Shown here: piece after piece, positions 61,185-64,000 of the stretch
Position numbering within the stretch: the stretch's first letter is position 1
Layout of the letters: each line of letters opens with the position of its first letter
Assembly (NCBI RefSeq): GCF_009834535.1
Contig: NC_045697.1
Coordinates: 76,570,001 to 76,634,000 of the forward strand
Source of the DNA: Camelus ferus
Taxonomy: Eukaryota
DNA length: 64,000 nt
Direction of reading: 5' to 3'
Made by a program: the position numbers and the translations under genes
The notes under the pieces: model-generated
What the model saw: the letters and a program-made list of their open reading frames with translations, nothing else
What the model was told of the DNA's origin: nothing
Database searches by the model: none

Positions 61185-62129
61185 CTAAAAAAGATAACAA
61201 TAAGATAATATGAGACATATCCCAAGGGCTGTAAGGCAAGCAGTTATAATTTATCCTGGACTTTTTCCTGGGTGAATGATGCCTTAGAATGTCAGCAAGA
61301 CAACACATCTCCTTTCAGACTGCTTTATGCTCGATTCTTTCAGGTCAGTCGTTTTCAAGAAACTCATGCAAAAGGGATGAATTATATAACTGCATATTTC
61401 AATGAAAGGCACACACACACAAAACCTGTATACCATATTTAATTAGATATTTCCTCCCTGACTAAGTGGAACATCTTCACTTTGCCTCCAAAATCTTAAG
61501 AAGAAAAATGTCATTGTCCTTCTGTCACATCATCTCTTGTTTACATCCATTCTCTGCCCCCACAGTTACCCCTACTCTTCTTGGCCACAAACACTCTGAA
61601 GCCTTGTTTTCAGCTGTTTAAGAGGCTCGAACAGTTACACAAGTCAAAAAATATTTTCGTATAAATGAGAACAGTGTTTAACTGTTTAAATTTTCTTCAG
61701 CTCTGTGGGAAGCAGCAGGGGGCTTAGAAGGAAGGATTTATTCTTACAGGTTCTGCTGCAGTGGCTCAAGTCACTGAGCTTACAAGGCACAAACCAGGCA
61801 GCTGGATGATTTAATGACACAATTGCCCTCTGGCCTCCTGGTTCAGGATTAGGATTTCTGTGGCAGACGAGGTAATAGCTGAATGAATATAATGAACACT
61901 GAGGTCCAGTGAAAATAATGACCGCCTGAAGCAGGTTTTTAGAACTGAAGAGCTTGGAATTCTTTTTTGATTTGTAAAAATGTAGCAGGGAATTCAAGTA
62001 TATTTGCTCATTTTCAGGAACACTAGGCTTAGATTTGCAAATAATTTATTATGATATTTGCAAACAAAGGAAGTATCCCAGCACGAACTTTATAGTATTC
62101 CTACTTCTTTATACTATTGTTTTTTATTC

Positions 62130-62263
62130 TTAAAAAATTTTTTCTTGGGGGGGTAATTAGGTTTACTTATTATTTTTTTTTTTTGTGGAAGTACTGGGGA
62201 TTGAACCCAGGACCTTGTGTATGTTAAGCATGAGTGCTACCACTGAGCTATACCCTCCCCTCC
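62130..62263 (-). mobile_element. Vic-1-like SINE
   Basis: A/B boxes, T-rich tail. Confidence 0.9.
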
Positions 62264-62945
62264 TTGTTTATTCTATTAGAACCTTGTGATATGAAATAAT
62301 TCAGGGCTTTAAACTCTTTCTAATATTGGTGAATTATCATCATCAGTTTGATTTTTTTCACTGCTTGAGCTCAAAGTTCATCTTCAGAAGACTTCTAAAT
62401 ATTGAGGATCTGAAGCTGAAATGTAAGAGATGGCACTGTTAAGAACCATGGAAAAGAGACAAAATGACAGAAGACAGACAAGTCATTTTGATGAACAGAG
62501 ATTTGAAAGTTAGTTCCAAGGAAGAAGTTACATTTCTAATATGCACATAAACATTAAAAGGAAAAGCAAATTCAAATAAATTCACATGACTTTAATTCCT
62601 TCAGAGGGCCCCTATCATGGAATTGCAGGAAATGTCCATCAATTATGGAAAAACCTGTCTGGGATTCTAAGACAGTGAAGCCAATTAGACTGGTCATTCT
62701 TCCCACCTTGCAAGTTCTCCAGACTTGAACCTGGGCTTCAGAAAGATGTTCTGTAGTTTAGGCTGGACGTCAAACAGAGCTGCCACCCAGACTCTGTCTA
62801 CCTTTCCCTTTTCTGTCACTATCTTTGTCCACCTTCTCCTTTCGCTCCAGTCCTGTGTAGCCCTCATCATTTGATGAGAGTCTGTCCTGAAGCACAAAAT
62901 TCATAGCCACAAAACATGTTGGAGCAAGATGAGGTACTGACTCAC

Positions 62946-62981
62946 CCGGGATNNNNNNNNNNNNNNNNNNNNNNNNNNNNN
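62946..62981 (-). CDS. COL25A1: COL25A1 cassette exon, probably GASGLDGKPGSR; only the last 7 nt and the donor are visible, the rest is in an N-gap
   Basis: Minus strand reads ..A TCC CGG|gtgagt at the gap edge; fits the 12-aa exon ending GSR recalled from mouse collagen XXV; the 62981 boundary is inferred from an assumed 36-nt length. Confidence 0.7.
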
Positions 62982-64000
62982 NNNNNNNNNNNNNNNNNNN
63001 NNNNNNNNNNNNNNNNNNNNNNNNNNNNNNNNNNNNNNNNNNNNNNNNNNNNNNNNNNNNNNNNNNNNNNNNNNNNNNNNNNNNNNNNNNNNNNNNNNNN
63101 NNNNNNNNGATGAATATCACATTGTTACAAATTGTTAGTTTAAAAAAAAAAAAAACACATGACAATAAACACCCCACAGATGATGGCATTTTAATCACAT
63201 TTCCATTCGACAAATTCTTACTGAGAAATCAAGTTAATGAGGTTTATAAAGTGGGCTTTAAAATAATTACCAGTAACAGTCTGGGTTGCTAATTTCTATA
63301 TGAAATTCATTTCAAAAGACTGTTAAAATATATTTCACAATATATTTCTTTATGTTCTGAAGAAAAAATAATGGTCAGTCTCCTAGGAAAGGGCTCATTA
63401 TAATCATCAATCAAGGTTAGAATTTCAGAGGAAAAGAAAAGAGCTCTAGTTTTACTTGTTAAAAGAGCATTTATGAATAACAAATGCAGAATTTTAACAT
63501 GTCAGGGTGACTGTGGATTTCACATGAACAATACTCATTGTTTTCTGGGTTGCTCTTACTGTGTTCACATTAGTCACCACTAGGGGGACTTCTAGGAGCA
63601 GGAAAATGCTGGAAAAATGTCATGCATCCAAACAAAAAAATAACTGTCCCAAACAAAATTATTCCTCAGTTTACTTCAAGTAGTCAAGCATCAAAGTCTA
63701 AATGGGAAATGCTTTAAAAATCTAATGTTGTTTTCAGGCAACGAACGTTTTTCTTTACCTTGAACTCTAAGCTATGCATAACGTATGATTGATAGATGAC
63801 ATTTTCAATTCTTGTTTCAAGAATAAGCGCAATTACTTTTTTGACATGGCTTTTATATCTCGAAACTCGAATGTTTATTTACAGTCCTTTAAAAATGTTG
63901 ATTACAGCAAGGAGTATTTAAGAAAGACAATGCACTAGTTCTATACATTTTCTTGGCAAGGTTGCCAAACTATTTCCCCATTTAATGCTTCAGATGTAGT

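Overview
Mammalian genomic DNA, almost certainly camelid (alpaca/camel), judged from about 11 copies of the Vic-1-type tRNA-derived SINE. The gene order matches human 4q25. Two protein-coding genes lie on the minus strand. ETNPPL (ethanolamine-phosphate phospho-lyase, class-III PLP aminotransferase fold) has coding exons 1-6 and 8-12 visible between 327 and 13832. Exon 7 most likely sits in the N-gap at 4785-4916, and the last exon is left of the window. The 3' end of COL25A1 (collagen XXV/CLAC-P) contributes six visible coding exons, a last exon that starts with the stop codon, and a ~5 kb 3'UTR. One further COL25A1 exon is almost entirely hidden in an N-gap and another is missing, probably also in a gap. 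The ~25 kb intergenic interval holds MIR/L2/L1/MER/MLT1 repeats, a head-to-head ERV LTR pair, and two apparent retroposed mRNA fragments, one TSD-flanked inside a MER5. It also has a CpG-rich L2, an orphan 45-nt minus-strand exon with textbook splice sites, and a near-perfect glucocorticoid-response palindrome. No prokaryotic-type systems are present. I cannot claim a clearly new biological system. The best leads are regulatory, splicing and retroposition observations. Comparisons to human/mouse proteins and repeat consensus sequences are from memory, and repeat boundaries are approximate.
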